From the NCBI GenBank assembly GCA_964106645.2, contig OZ067042.1: a stretch of DNA of 64,000 nucleotides; one strand, 5' to 3'. Position numbers and translations under genes: made by a program. Within the stretch, counting starts at the first letter, position 1. Each line of letters opens with the position of its first letter. Below are positions 11,781-25,310 of the stretch, piece after piece. The notes beneath the pieces are model-generated. The model did no database searches. It was not told the DNA's origin and worked only from the letters and a program-made list of their open reading frames with translations. Origin of the DNA: Podarcis pityusensis. Taxonomy: Eukaryota.

Positions 11781-12990
11781 GTAAGTTCACCAGTAAAATT
11801 TTCTCATCAGACGATACTTGTAAAAATGCTTTTAATGATATTAAGGGAGCTGAAAGGTTTGTGTAAGTATGTGTCACATCCAGCCCTCATATCAACAAGC
11901 ATATAGATGGAGGTGATCATCCACTTGGCATTGTGTGCTTCAAAAAGCTGTTGGGCAAAAAAAATTATCACATATCCATGCATGGTTAAATATGAGCCAA
12001 ACATTCTGGCTGTTCAGTATATAAATCACTTACATAAGCTGATTATTTACCTATTGTTCATTTATCACATCTTTAAAGTTGCACTATTTTCCCCCACATT
12101 CCCCCCTCAAGAGATCTGCACATATATGAACATACCAATTACTACATATTTTTGTTTCTGTCCCCAAGGCTATTTAGGTTGTGTTAGAAAGTAGTTAAGT
12201 GTTCATAGGTATCTGTATCTGGATATATTGTATATATTTTATTATACACACATATACTCATTATATTTTACCATTATTAAGTTAAATTATAATATATTAT
12301 TGTAATAGCACATTATCGTATGGAGCACATATATTTTTCTTGTTATATGTTGCCTAGGAGCACGTAAGGATTTATAGTGTCATTCATTTTTTCATTTCAA
12401 TAAGTTATGAAGAGGGCTGGTCTGTCCTACCCTGAATACATTACTCATTTAGACCATTTGTGCAGTGTCCAAGTTCCTTATGAGACAGTCTTCCACCTTT
12501 GGTATCTCTTGACTTTTTCCATGCTTGCTCTGTTATCATAGTGCTGCAATAAATGAATGATAATTTCTTCGTCTTCTTGAACAACTACTTCCTTCACATA
12601 TAAAATTGATACATTTATATCAAATGACCCATTAAAGTTCTAAGTTGGGCAAAATATTTTAATTTCACCTATTTGCTCTTGGAGCTTGAACTGACTCTGG
12701 CTGGTTGGCAATGAGACCTTGGGGTCATAGTGGATACATTAACAAATATATTGACCCCAATATCATGATGGAACAGAGCTCTGGTTCCCAGTCTCACGAT
12801 GGTACAGCTATCCAGATAGATAGATAGATATAGATATATTTAAAAAATTGGCATTACCGGGAACAAATCAGTAGAACAAATTCAGTAAATAGATTGGGGG
12901 GGAATGCATTCTAGAAATGGGTTCAGGTTAGGTTTATGTATGCATACAACATTGTAAAGAAAGTTCATAAAATGCTCTTCTTTCTAATAG

Positions 12991-13641
12991 GTTCTGTGGT
13001 GTCCAGTGGTTCAGTGAATAATACTGTAACTGAGAAAAAGCCTGTAAGTGTGGAAGCAAATGGTGAGAGCCAGCAGCCCTTGTCCTCTGGATTCACTGAG
13101 AACAAAGCATGCAGCCCTGATGCTTATCATAAACAGTTAGCCGCTCTAAATTGTTCGGTGCGTGACTGGATAGTAAAACATGTAAATGCCAATCCACTCT
13201 GTGACCTGTCGCCGATTTTCCGAGACTATGAGAAATATTTAGCTGAGATAGAGCAACGCGGAATGAGTAGTGACAGCGGTTCTGAAAGTGACAGTAACAA
13301 GACAGTTGGAACTCAGCCTGGGTCTGCATTTGGGAGTCCAAATCTTCAGCAGAGTTCAACGTTTTTCTTCAATAGCAACAAATCTGAGAATGCACCAGGA
13401 AAGAAAACAGAAATGGAAAAGAAAACGGAACCAAAACTAGGGTCTATGTCAACTGTCTCCTTTACTTTTAGCAAGAGCGTAGACAACTCTGGTCTGAATT
13501 CTGGTGCATTACCTAGTTTCTCATTCTCTCCTGGAAGTGCAAGTTTATTTGGAAAAGATACAAGCCAAGGCAAGGTTGTTTCTTCATTTTCCAGCAAAGC
13601 ACTAGATATTCAGACAGAAAGTGGTGGCAATGAAGATAAAG
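12991..13641 (+). CDS. NUP50: NUP50 exon 5 (central/FG region; YHKQLAALNCSVRDWIVKHVNANPLCDL)
   Basis: aatag| acceptor and |gtaaac donor. 651 nt, phase 1/1. Lies within ORF 12936-13661. Confidence 0.96.
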
Positions 13642-14109
13642 GTAAACATTTATTGTTTTAGAAGTTGAGAAATGGGATTCAGTCCCATGTTTCATTGAAA
13701 TCTGGTGAGCTTCCTGCTGATATGCAGAATTGGACCCCCCTAGAAATCTGTTTCTCATGCCAGAGGACTCTAGGAAAGGGTGTCACTGAGGATTACAAAT
13801 AATAGCTGGCTGCCCAGGCCAGCTAAAACTTATGGACCCCTGCAGGAATGCCTTTTAGTATTGGGTGACTTTGAATAGAATTTGGTGCTTTACTAGCAAT
13901 CTGCGCTGCTTTTCTCTACTTTGAAACTTCCATAACAAATGTTTGTAGGTGAAATTATTGAAAGCCCTGCTTTGGTTCCCCTTCCATTTAAATAACCTTA
14001 ACTATAGATTGGGTTAAGCAGGGGTTGGGGGATAGGAAAAGGGTAAGAGCACCTCCACTGCCCTGTCACATGATGATGATGGTAATTTTAATTAAAAAAA
14101 TAAATAATT

Positions 14110-14280
14110 GATAATAATAATTGATAATAATAATTATTTATACCCTGCCCATCTGGCTGGATTTCCCCAGCCACACTGCGGCTTCCAACAAAATATTAAA
14201 AATACAATAAAAAAATCAGACATTAAAAACTTCCATAAACAGGGCTGCCTTCAGATGTCTTCTAAAAGTCAGATAGTTGG
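14110..14280 (-). mobile_element. L2-type LINE 3' end, inverted relative to the 9570 copy
   Basis: The reverse complement aligns by eye with 9645-9785. Confidence 0.8.
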
Positions 14281-14554
14281 TGTGTTATTTATTACAAAGA
14301 ATCTCTCTCTCTCTCTCTATATATATATATAAACCTTTTTGTTATTTACTTTATGACAATTAGGAAAAAATAAAATAAGCTTTTAAAGTTACAGTTCAAG
14401 TAGATAATTTTAATCAAGAGTGTTCTTTAAGAAATGTAGAAAGCTTATAAGCCATATTTTAATGTTCAAGGCTTATAAATGTAAGTGTTGAAGTAGAAGG
14501 GAAATGCACCAGTGTTAGTGCTAATCAGCACAGCTTAAAATATATTCTAATATC

Positions 14555-14833
14555 CAGGGGTTGGCAAGGAAGGTTTACCTCCCCTGGGCCAGTTCACTCC
14601 AGCGGAGGTCCCTCCGTGGGCCAGATTGCGTGAGCACGTGCGCCCACAATTTCCGGCGTCTGTGCATGCACAGACGCGATTTCCGGCGCCGCGGAAGCAA
14701 GTCCCTGCACCGGTTTAGTGCAGCACGCAGGGACTCGCTGAGCAGGTGGCTCGGTTCAGGGGCAGCTCGTGGGCCGGTTAAACGACCCCTGTGGGCCGCT
14801 TGTGGCCGATGGGCCTTAGGTTGCCGACCCCTG
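14555..14833. mobile_element. hAT-type MITE
   Basis: TIRs caggggttggcaa and ttgccgacccctg. Exact 8-bp TSD ctaatatc at 14547-14554 and 14834-14841. Confidence 0.9.
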
Positions 14834-15329
14834 CTAATATCTGTAACTTCTTTCTCTCTAGCACATTGTTTGAAGATTTTTTAGAAATATATTTTATACT
14901 GAAGACCCTACCTTTTTAGACATACTGTGATCTTGCTCACATGCAACCAGTCATGGTTTGGCTTAGTGTTATGGCCGAACCTTGAGCTCATGGTTTGTTT
15001 TCCCCAAACAAGCAATGGTGAGTGGTAAGCCACAAACAGACCTTGGTTTCAGGTCACAGCTGTCTGGGGCAAGGCCAGCCATGAGCCCAGGTTTGGATGC
15101 AACGCCAAGCCATGGTTTAGCTGCTGTTTGTGGAGCAACGGAGGAAAAGTAAAGCACTTGTGAGTTGCTCCTTGTCAAGCCATAGTTTGGCTTTATGCCG
15201 TGTGAACCAGGTAGCTGTATCTGATATCTAATATCCCCATGTATTTTTAAAACATCAAAAGATTTTTATGTACTGCAGTGTCTTTTCTTGTATATACGTA
15301 ACACTTACCTGAAATTATTCTTCCTACAG

Positions 15330-15408
15330 GGGGTGATGAAGAAGATGAGGAGCCACCAAAGGCAGTAGTGAATGAAATAAAGGAAGATGATGCCTTCTAC
15401 TCAAAGAA
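15330..15408 (+). CDS. NUP50: NUP50 exon 6 (GDEEDEEPPKAVVNEIKEDDAFYSK)
   Basis: ctacag| acceptor and |gtgagt donor. 79 nt, phase 1/2. Confidence 0.96.
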
Positions 15409-16065
15409 GTGAGTTGTGTTCTTTGATACTATTACCACGATTATGCTCTTACTGTAGAGAGTTCAGTATGCTTTTCCCCCTAATTTTGTATCTGTGAGTA
15501 AAAGTCTTTAGCAGTTTATAGTGCATTACAACTACAAACTAAACGAAATTTCTTTTGCCGAAGCTATTTTGTATCTCTTTATATACTGGTGTTCAAACTT
15601 TGATAATTCCAGGGAGTACAAGTTACAGGTTGCCTCTGTTTTGGCACAGAGTGACTCAAAGAACTGCTTAGTGTTTGTCTCATCCAAAGACCTGCAGTCT
15701 TTTTGTCAGGAGCTCATTTTAAAACACTCTAAAGTTTAAAGGCAGTTTTATGTGCAGCTGGGGGGCTGCTGTTTCTCAGAGTAAATCTGAGGCCCCCTTG
15801 AGCTCATGGTTCTTTAAATCTTGGCCATTATTTTTGGTATACTCTGGAAGATTCTAACAAATAGTTTTATCATGTTGCAAAGACTTCTTTTCTGGAAGGA
15901 CTATTTATATGACTATTAGTCTGGCTAGTTCCAGCCTGAGTTTAAATGTGTTATTTGTTTGCATGCTGGTGTTTGCCACATACAAGCTATTTGGAGGCTT
16001 TTATTCACCTTTCACATTCATGCACATTCTGTAAAATGAATCTTGTCTTTGTTTCCTTTTTTCAG

Positions 16066-16184
16066 GTGCAAAGTTTTTTACAAGAAAGATAATGAATTTA
16101 AAGAAAAAGGTATAGGAACGCTACACTTAAAACATGCAGGAAATCAGAAGATTCAGCTATTAGTACGGGCAGATACCAACTTAG
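16066..16184 (+). CDS. NUP50: NUP50 exon 7 (Ran-binding domain; [22 protein letters not shown])
   Basis: tttcag| acceptor and |gtacgt donor. 119 nt, phase 2/1. Confidence 0.97.
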
Positions 16185-16839
16185 GTACGTTATTATTATT
16201 ATTAGTTCAGTAAACTTCCACGCCACTGCTAAGTCAAAGGCTTCTGGCTTCTTTCAAATAATTAAGATATTTATGATGGTCCTTTTTTGCTCTCATGCCT
16301 ACAACTGTGTAGAATTTTACACATAAGTAAACAACAGGCACATCTAGCAGTGGCTGTGATTTGTGTCCCAAGTTGGATGTGTGCAGTTGCTAGCACATAG
16401 TTGGATGACTTCACAAATTATTTGTGTTTGGAATCTTGATGCAAACCAGCACTGACAGCCATTATTGCAAGTTTGGCTTATAAACCATGTAGTGTTTGGC
16501 CACTGGATCTCAGGAATTTGTTTTTCTTTTTTAATTGCTAAGTATTAACACAATGAGATCTTGCCCATTTTTAGGAATAGTAGCTAATGTGGTGAGGAAA
16601 TGAGTTGAGGGAATAATGGAGGCGTGTAAGTCAGTAACAGAGCACAAGCTTTTTCCAGATAAAAACATCTCTTGTAGCAAGGAGCTGTGGCTGAGACCTT
16701 GAGAGAACCACTGCCAGGTGGAACAGCCTGTGGTTGGCTAGGTGGATCAGTAACACCTGATTTTCTCATACCTCAGGTCACCTAGACATTCATATTTTGT
16801 ATTTATTTTGCTCTTTTCCCAACTTCCACTCTGTTGCAG

Positions 16840-17042
16840 GCAACATATTGCTGAACATTTTGGTGCCTCCTAAGATGCCATGCTCCAGAACAGGGAAGAA
16901 CAACGTGCTCATTGTCTGTGTTCCAAATCCACCCATTGATGAGAAGAATGCTACCGTCCCTGTTCCTATATTGATAAGAGTGAAAACAAGTCAGGATGCA
17001 GATGAGTTGCACAAAATTTTACTGGAGAAGAAGGAGGTCTAA
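16840..17042 (+). CDS. NUP50: NUP50 exon 8, last coding (NILLNILVPPKMPC...LLEKKEV*)
   Basis: ttgcag| acceptor, TAA at 17040-17042. The spliced CDS totals 1395 nt, or 464 aa. Confidence 0.97.
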
Positions 17043-17203
17043 AAATCTGGGCTGTTGAAAATTACAGATGAAACTTGCCAAACTGCTGCTGCTCATTTCC
17101 CCTCTCTTGACTCTGCTAGTAACTTTTTAAACCACTTCTGACATTCTAAGGACTGTTTAGGAACTCTGAAGAGCTTTGGTGAGGGAAAGAAACTAAGATG
17201 GCC

Positions 17204-17331
17204 AATAAAAGCTTTTAACTTGACACAAGAGTCAATTCTTCCTCCCTTCTAATTTGAATATCTAATGCATGAACCATATTTGAAGAAAACTTGCATATCA
17301 AAAAATAAACATTTTTATTATACAGAATAAA
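17204..17331 (+). terminator. NUP50: Candidate proximal NUP50 poly(A) signals
   Basis: AATAAA at 17204, 17304 and 17326. Use is not verifiable from sequence. Confidence 0.35.
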
Positions 17332-20300
17332 ACTGATTTATACTCAAATGGTGTAAAATACTACACCGGAAATTGTGTAGGAAGAATTTTGTGTGGGTGG
17401 AAAGAAATTTGACAGACTTCTTTATCTTGCATCCAAGTTTGAATTGAAATCCTCTCCTAAATGTGAAATCACAGTTCAGATTATGTTGAAGGAACAAATG
17501 TTTTAAACTGAACAGTATAGTTTTTGTGTTTTAGTAACAGCTGTTAAAAATCAGTACCCTGATTTTTAAGGCCAAAGTTGCAGGTTGTTATTTTCTCATT
17601 CCCTAGAGAAACAACTGAGGGAAAAGGTAGCATGGCTATATTTTTTTCAATCCAATCCTGTCTCTTGGATTTTATCAAACCTGGGGCATCTTGTGTTGAG
17701 GTATTTGATGGACTTTCTTCCATTGTACTCTTGCCAAAGCCTTATCTCCAGGCTTGAAAATTCTGTGCAGTCCCCTTTAATGTCAAGGGGCTTGTGCAAG
17801 AGAGCTGTGAATTGTGCCCACACTATTTTGGGTGTGCGCCAGTGTGCATTTAACGGGATCAGCAGTCAGACCGTGAATACCCTGCTATTTAAATAGTTGT
17901 CCTACTAATGTAGCAGTCGCTAGTAAAGCCACACATAACCAGTCCACAAATATTGGTTATCATAGGTTCCGAAACATCTGAATCTTTAAAGTTCTAGTCG
18001 TACCGTAAAACTGGAAGGGAGCTGGGATGCTGTGGAAGCAGGACCCGTATTGATTATGAATTGGTGCCTTTTTTGCATCAAGTTTTAAGTGTTGGACTTC
18101 CTAAAAAGTAAGTGTGAGAGTATTTCAAGAGTTCAGCACCCCACACTGAAATATCTTGGGGTACAGTCCAGCAAGGAGTAATCTGACCCAATCCCCATTA
18201 AAATAAATCGGAGTTACCATTTATGTTAGTGAGGTTTGGGCTAATGAGCTTCACACTGGATTGTTCTCTTTAGCATTCAAGATGGTGAACAATCAGAAAT
18301 GCTAACTTGCATGTTAATATTATAAATGGGAACATGCATATGGAGTCCAGTCTTACTGTTAGAGGCTCAGGTTGAATGGCCAAGAGCTTCAGTAATATTG
18401 TGTGCTCTTGTCTTTGAGAAATAGTGTCTTAAAAATCCTCAGTGAGCTTTGTTTACTCCCTTGTGTCTGGGCAAACAGCCTGCTCTTTTTCTAGAAAGCA
18501 GATAGCCTGTTCCCACACCCTCCTCTAACATAATTTTAACATTGAGAGACTGTTAATATTACAGGTATGCTATGTATTTTGCACTTGTCTGATTCCTAAA
18601 GTGCAACTGTGTATATGTAACAATTTTTCAGTTACTGAGTAGAATAAGAAATAGCATTTCATTGACATGCAGTTTGTTCTCATAATTTTTTTGCTATGTC
18701 TTACGTGATGCTGCTTCTGTAAGAAATCCAGAGTGTGCATGTTGCTTTTCAAAGTGAAAAGCAGCATGAAAGAATAATCGTAATGTCCATTAAATGTTTG
18801 CAAGAGCTGGTCAAAAGGCGTTGCTTGAAAGTGGTTGTGTTATGGAAAGTGGTCAGTTACTTCTTTCTTAGAGCAAGCATAAAATGGGATTATTTCACAC
18901 TGCTGCTGAGGAAGGCATTCCAGAAATGCATTGGACTTTCCTGCACCTCTTTGAACTGCTGCATAAAAATGTGAAGATCCCTGCTGTGGGTGCACTTTGG
19001 CCATCCTGTGTGGGTTGTGACATGATGTAGCGAAGGCTTACCAGGCACTGCCCTTCACACACCCTCTTGGGGAAAGCTCCATCAGCCTTCCGCAACCTGT
19101 CCACTGCCAGATTCTTAGGCTGCAGCCCCATCTAGTAGGTTTTGGATGGAGCTCATATGAGCTGTAGTCCAAACCTGGAGGGCACCAGGGTGGAGAAGGC
19201 AGTCATAGATAAACAAAACAAATGCATAAACCAGCAGACTTTAAATCCTAAATGTAAGTGTTGACTTTGTGATTGGCCCATCGCTTTCAGTAATAAAAAT
19301 TATTACAAGAATAACAATCTGAATTACTAAGTGGATCAAAATTGGCTTGCTAAGAAAGAAGGAGAATGTGCATAGACTTCGTTTTGTAGGTTTCTGATGT
19401 TGATCATGTTGGCTTGCTCCTGCTGTGAAAGGTAAGATCTCATTTTTGTGTGTTGGTTTTACTCTCTGAGTAAGTTTAAAAGGCTGTATAAAACTGGACG
19501 ATCATTTTTCTTTTGCACAAAATTGTAGCTTTAATTATATTTAAAAATCTTAATCAAGTCTATTGATACTTGCTGCATAACAATAAGGCAGTGTCTTAAT
19601 TTGCAGTCTGATCACTTGTCGCCTTGTAGACACAGTGTTTGTAGTCTGACTATATTGCTGTAGGATTTTAAGTGACTGTTGTTCGCCTGTTGCCTGTTTG
19701 CAAGATTGCCAACCAAACTTGCAAAATCATTTTTACATTTTGACAGAAGTAGAGAGTCTAAAGAAGTCCATCTACTGATTTATTAGGTGCTGCTGCTTTG
19801 CACAGGCATAGTTTTCTCTTGGAATGACAGGATTGAAGGCCTGGCTGCCACTGAGCTGGTCCCTGGTGTCTGACCTGCATCTCTTCAGACTGCAGGCAGG
19901 GGTTCTCTTGATTGGATTCACGTTGGGTAGAATGGTTGTAGCCTAGCCTTCTCCCTGACATTCAGAATTCTGTGCGGAAGGAATTATTTTGTAGGAAAGA
20001 GTGTTTTGTTACATGAGCCCCGTCTGCCACTCAGTCCAGATGCAGGCCTGCCACTCAAGGGAGAACTAGGGCAAGCCTCAACTTGTTTGGGGAGTGTGCT
20101 GTTTCTCTATTTTTTTAATTCTTCAAAAGGTTTGTCATCAAAATCCTGTATAGAAGGGGTGTGGAGAATATTTGGCTACTTTTGCTCTGTTCTCAGTCTG
20201 CTACAAGTAGTTTGTAAACTGAAAATATGTCGCTACATATAAGGAGCAATAAGTACTGTATTGCATCTTGCTTTAACTCCCTTTGCAACATAATGTAATT

Positions 20301-20614
20301 TGACAACTGTTCTGTCTAATGCCTTAAGTTATTTTTAGCAGAAGTTGCTAAACTGTATACCACAAATGTAAACATTTGATAAATTTCACAGTGCATGGAA
20401 ACCATGTATAAAAGCTTAATGAACAGCTATCTGAACAATCGACATGAACCTTTCTTTCCATTTGACTGTCAACATTTTTGTTTGTTCCCCATCTCATAGG
20501 ACACCATCTGAAAGGCTAAACAAGAATTGGGACTTTCCTTTTATCATTTTTCACATGTCCATTTGCTAGCTGTAGTTCTTTCTAAGGAAATGTATAAAAA
20601 TCCATGGAAATGTG

Positions 20615-20624
20615 AATAAATAAA
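20615..20624 (+). terminator. NUP50: Candidate distal NUP50 poly(A) signal
   Basis: Overlapping AATAAATAAA at the end of a largely repeat-poor, AT-rich, UTR-like stretch about 3.6 kb after the stop codon. Confidence 0.45.
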
Positions 20625-21540
20625 TAGGATGTGTGAACTCCGATCTGTACATGTTTGCATTCTACCTCCTGGGCTTGGTGGCGAAGATGGTCAGTGCAGC
20701 CAGGTAAAGAAGATGCTGCAGAAAGATCAGGAGTGTTATTGCCTTGACAATGAGGAGGGTAGTGAAGACTTACCAAAGTATTTCATCTTACAAGACCGTT
20801 TTGAAGCAAATGTAGTTCCTTGACTTCTTTTGCGGGGGGGGGGGTAGTATTGCTGGACTATGAAGCAGGATTTTTAGTAATAGATGGATTCAATTATTTA
20901 ATAGAATCTTATACTAATGGTGCTGAGAATTGCTAAATTACCATGTCTAGCCACAGCATGCACTGGTGATTTCTTGCATTGTGGTATTGCATAGCTCGCA
21001 CAATGCACTACAGTTCTGCTTTAATTTAAAGAAAAAATGGTTTCTGAGGCTCTGGAGAAGTTTGAAAAGAGTATAGATAATCTATTTGTCATCTAGTGAT
21101 TTGCAGGGGTCAGGCAGGGACACAACTCACTCTGTCATTAGTAGAAGCAAAAGAAGTGCAAGTTAGAAAAACCCACTGCCATTTAACTTAATTTTATATA
21201 TTTCAGAATATAGCATTCTAAAGTGATGTTTCGACCATATACTTGTCTAATATCGATGCATACATATGACAACTTGAATTTCAGGTTGCAGGAGGTGAAG
21301 ACCCACAAGCATACTGTCCTAGTGATAATATACTCTAGCCAGAACTAAGCCAGCCTTTGCCAACCCAGTGCCTCATCAGCCCCAACCAGCATGCCTAATG
21401 GTCAGGGGCGATAGGAGTTGTATTCAAAATAATAAAGGGCCTGAGGTTGGGCATAGCCTTAAATTGTGGGAAGTGTTTGTGTTTGAGAAACAACCAATTG
21501 GGACCAATCTGATAGGTGCTTCTTACCCAAGATATACATA

Positions 21541-21761
21541 CAGTGGAACCTTGGGTTATGTACCATCCTTATGAATGCTTCGGGTAATGAGCTCTGCTGA
21601 CCTGGAAGTAGTACCTCAGGTTGCAAACTTTGCCCCGGGGTGCAAGCGGAAGTCGTGCACCGGCAGCACAGCAGCAGCGGAAGGCCCCGTTAGCGAAAGC
21701 GCGCCTCAGGTTAAGAACGGACCTCCGGAATGAATTAAGTTCGTAACTGGAGATACCACTG
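21541..21761 (+). mobile_element. Tc1/mariner-pogo (Tigger-like) MITE, family A
   Basis: TA flanks. Ends cagtggaacct and agataccactg. Internal similarity to the copies at 38150, 52423 and 54834. Confidence 0.85.
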
Positions 21762-22256
21762 TACTGAATTAAGTTGAATTGTTTTTTACCCTTCTTGTAT
21801 ATGACATTTTAGCTTTCCTCTCGTTTGTTGGGACTTAAACGCTACCTTGGCACACCAAAAAGGCGTGGTGTGACTAGTTACTTGATTCTTTTCAATGCCA
21901 AATACTCATGCTTTTTTTTAAAAAAAACCTTCCAATTTTGATAGATTTGCCAGGTTGATACAGCTGCCCAAGAAATGCAAAGGCCAAAACTTGTAGATGC
22001 AGAGCTAGTTGTGCAATTTTTTGGCTCCAGGGTTTTTGCTACTTTGGATGTAGTAGTAAAATTTACTGCTTGCTATTCCAGCATGATCAAGATGTTGAAT
22101 GTCCGCAGTTCAGTTTTTATGATCACAGTCAGCATCATGATAGAATCCATCACAGAACAACATAGAATCCATGGCTCATATTGTAGGCATGGACTTCTGA
22201 ATAATTTCTCACAAATCAGCATACACACACACTTAGCATAATGTTTCTAAGAATAA

Positions 22257-22262
22257 TTTATT
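22257..22262 (-). terminator. KIAA0930: Candidate distal KIAA0930 poly(A) signal
   Basis: tttatt on + (AATAAA on -), preceded on the - strand by UGUA-rich UTR-like sequence. Confidence 0.4.
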
Positions 22263-25059
22263 GGCAGTCACTGTTCATCATAGGCGTATGTAATATTTGT
22301 TTTTTCCTCACGTACAAAAGTGTTCCTGTTGCATTTTCCTTGCTTAGTGGGCTCAGCTACATAGCTGTAAAAAAATTATAGCACAAAGCTGACTGAGGCA
22401 GAAACCATGCAACATGTTTATCTGATCATACATAAAGTATCTGAAGCAGGAGGACCACAGTGGTCATTTCAGTCTCTTTATCTTGGCCTCTCACTGTAAT
22501 TACAATTAGTGTACAAAATACTATTTAAAGAGTATGAGTATAGGCAGTTTATTCCACTGTACACTTTCAGTTGCTGTTGCCTTAAGTGTAATAAATTCAA
22601 TGGTGAATGAGCACTGACTACGGGCAGCTAATTTCTTGGGCAGATTCTAAACCACTGTGGTCAAAAAAGTTACATCATATTTCATCTCAATGGGATAATG
22701 TGCACTTTTGGGCCCAGGAAAGCACTATAATTGTTTGATCTACATATAATTGTGTGGGCAGTACTAGAGAGAAACTGGTTCCTATGACTTTGATGGTGAT
22801 ATGATGAGACAAACATTCCTAATACCCATTCTAGATGGCATTCCATTGATAAAACAGGTCAAGGCTTGGCTCCCATCTGATTCTGTGTGGACTCATTTAA
22901 AAGCCACAAACAGGGTCTCAAGCTCCCATCATCTTTGACCACTGGTAATGCTGGCTGGGGCTGATGAGTCCAACAACCTCTTTGGCGTGGGGCACAATTG
23001 TTCCCACCTTTGCTCTACTGAGTCACTGGGCCTCATGGCCCTTTCTGGGGCAGTGTCCAAAATCAACACTCATTCCAGAAATGTAATTGGATGGTGCAAT
23101 CTAATGCATGTCTATACAGGAGTAAGTCCCTCAGTGCACCATGGTGCTTTGTAGTGTGTTTGTGTATAGAGCTGCAGCCTGAAAGAAAAAGCAGGATCCA
23201 ACAGCAACAGATTAACATCCTAAGACAGTTCTTAAGATCTCTCTACCTAGACTAGTGGTATTTAGAATGTTAAATTGTGGTTTCTGGAACTGACTGCAGG
23301 AGGTATTGGTTTTGTGCTGTCATGGTTTTCATATTGATGTTTATTGTAGCTATTTGAATTGCATTTTGCTTGGGATTTGAATTATTGTGAACTGTTCTGG
23401 GAGTCAATTTCTCCATAGAAATTTAGGTTTTAAAAAATAAGCAAGAAATTGGCAAATGATGTTCAAGTTCTGAAAGGTACTGAAAGGCATTTCCATGTTG
23501 ACTAGCAGCTTGAATATATCTTTGCATAAAAGAACAGTTCTTAGCATTCTGTTAGATGCTAGAATCAACATTTGCCCTGCTTCAGGTGTATAAATGAAGG
23601 TCATCTGTTCATATTTAAGAAAGGAAAGGAATGCACTGTTTGTAGTTAAGATAAATCCTGTCCATCACCCCTGATGGGAGGGAAGGCTGGCCTCATGGAG
23701 CAGGGATCCCAAGGCAGTCACAATGTGACAAAGGTCAGAGAGATGCACAAAACTAGGTTTATGGCCAAAGGCTGCTTTCAAAAAATAACCATTGGGAAGG
23801 CTACTGTGTGCTTCCCATGTGATAGCAATCAAGAATGCTTGTTCCTCAGTTATCACCATAAGGATTATTAAGAGCATTCACAGTGTCTGTGCAGTGAAGT
23901 ACCTCTTTGATGCTAGGAGGCCATTCTATATGAATTAAATTACCTGCCATTGATTCCAATACAGGATATTCTAATACAGTGGAAAGAATTAACATTTAAA
24001 AAGCTCCAACCCCAATGTGACCAAGAAACAGATCCCACAAGTGGGCTATAAAGGTAAGAGTAGGTTTCGTTCTGCATTGTTAGAGTCACCAGGAAGCCAC
24101 CTTAGGCCAAAGTGTACCACTTTTCCTAAATGGCTTTCACAAACACCTCAGTGGTAGAAAGTGAAGCCCTAGTGCTGGGGGAACTGAGTCAACGGAGGGC
24201 AATACCCATCTTCTACCGCCTAACACTCTGCAGCCTAGTTCTCACCGCTCACTGGTCTCTGTTGAAATGACTCTAGTGTGCCTTATAATCAACAAATCCA
24301 CAGAATCCACAGACACTGTTGGATATTTTGCTCATACGCATTTCTGGCATCTCATTATGACCTGAATTCATTTCTTTTACTGAGAAATCTGAGTGCAAGA
24401 GTTTCTTCTGCCTATGCACTAGCTGCTGAAGGTAGCAAGTGAGCTTATCTGGAGTGCTTAAATTTACATCGTTGCTCTAAGGAGACTGCCCTCTTACTCA
24501 TAGGAGGGTATACTAAAGTTGCAGTTCGGGTGGACAGACAGAAAAACCGTTTAGTGTTCCAGCGTACAAAGTACTGAACACGCCTGGGTGAATAAGGCCC
24601 TGTGGTAACTGAAAAGTTCATTTAAGGTATTTAACATTAACCATAAAAATTGATCTAGCACTTAGAAAAAGCAGACCACACTGTCTGAAGGCAGCGGGGG
24701 GGGGGGGGCTGAAACATTGAGATGTAAATTACGAAGTGGTTTGGCTGATGTTTGGTAGTAAATAAAAATTAAGGCTGTGTCTAACTAGACAGACTTGCCT
24801 CTGGCACAAATGTGATTTGTGCCAGTATATACAGCAGGGGCAGGGAACCTGTTCCCTTCAAGGCATTTCTGTAGCCTGACAAACTGAAGCAGTCAGTTTC
24901 CAGCTGCATCTGTTGACGTAAAAACACTCAGGTAATCAGCAAGTAACAGTACAAATCTTTATCAGAGTCCCTACAGTTCTGAGGTTCTTAAAACTATGTT
25001 GGGCAGGGCTGTGCAAAGATCTGGTCAAAAGCATCCAGGAAGGTTCCGCCAACCCCCCT

Positions 25060-25310
25060 TTGGATGGGATTAGAAAAATTAGTGGAGATGATGACTGTTA
25101 ATGGCTATTAGCCACAAAGCTGATATTCTGCCTCCAGGGCAAAATGCTTCTGAAGACCAGTTGCTGGAAACAGCAGGAGAGATGCTCTTGTGCTCCAGTC
25201 TTGCGTGCAGGCTGCAGGCTTCCCACAAGTATGGGACTGGCCATTGTGAGAACAGGATGCTGATCTAAATGGGTCACTGGCCTGATGTGGTTTTGCTGTT
25301 AGGTATTTTA
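25060..25310 (+). mobile_element. CR1-like LINE 3' fragment (degenerate)
   Basis: Contains aatggctattagcca, ccagttgctgg and caggatgctg...atgggtcactggcctgat, which I recognise from squamate CR1 3' ends. Confidence 0.5.
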
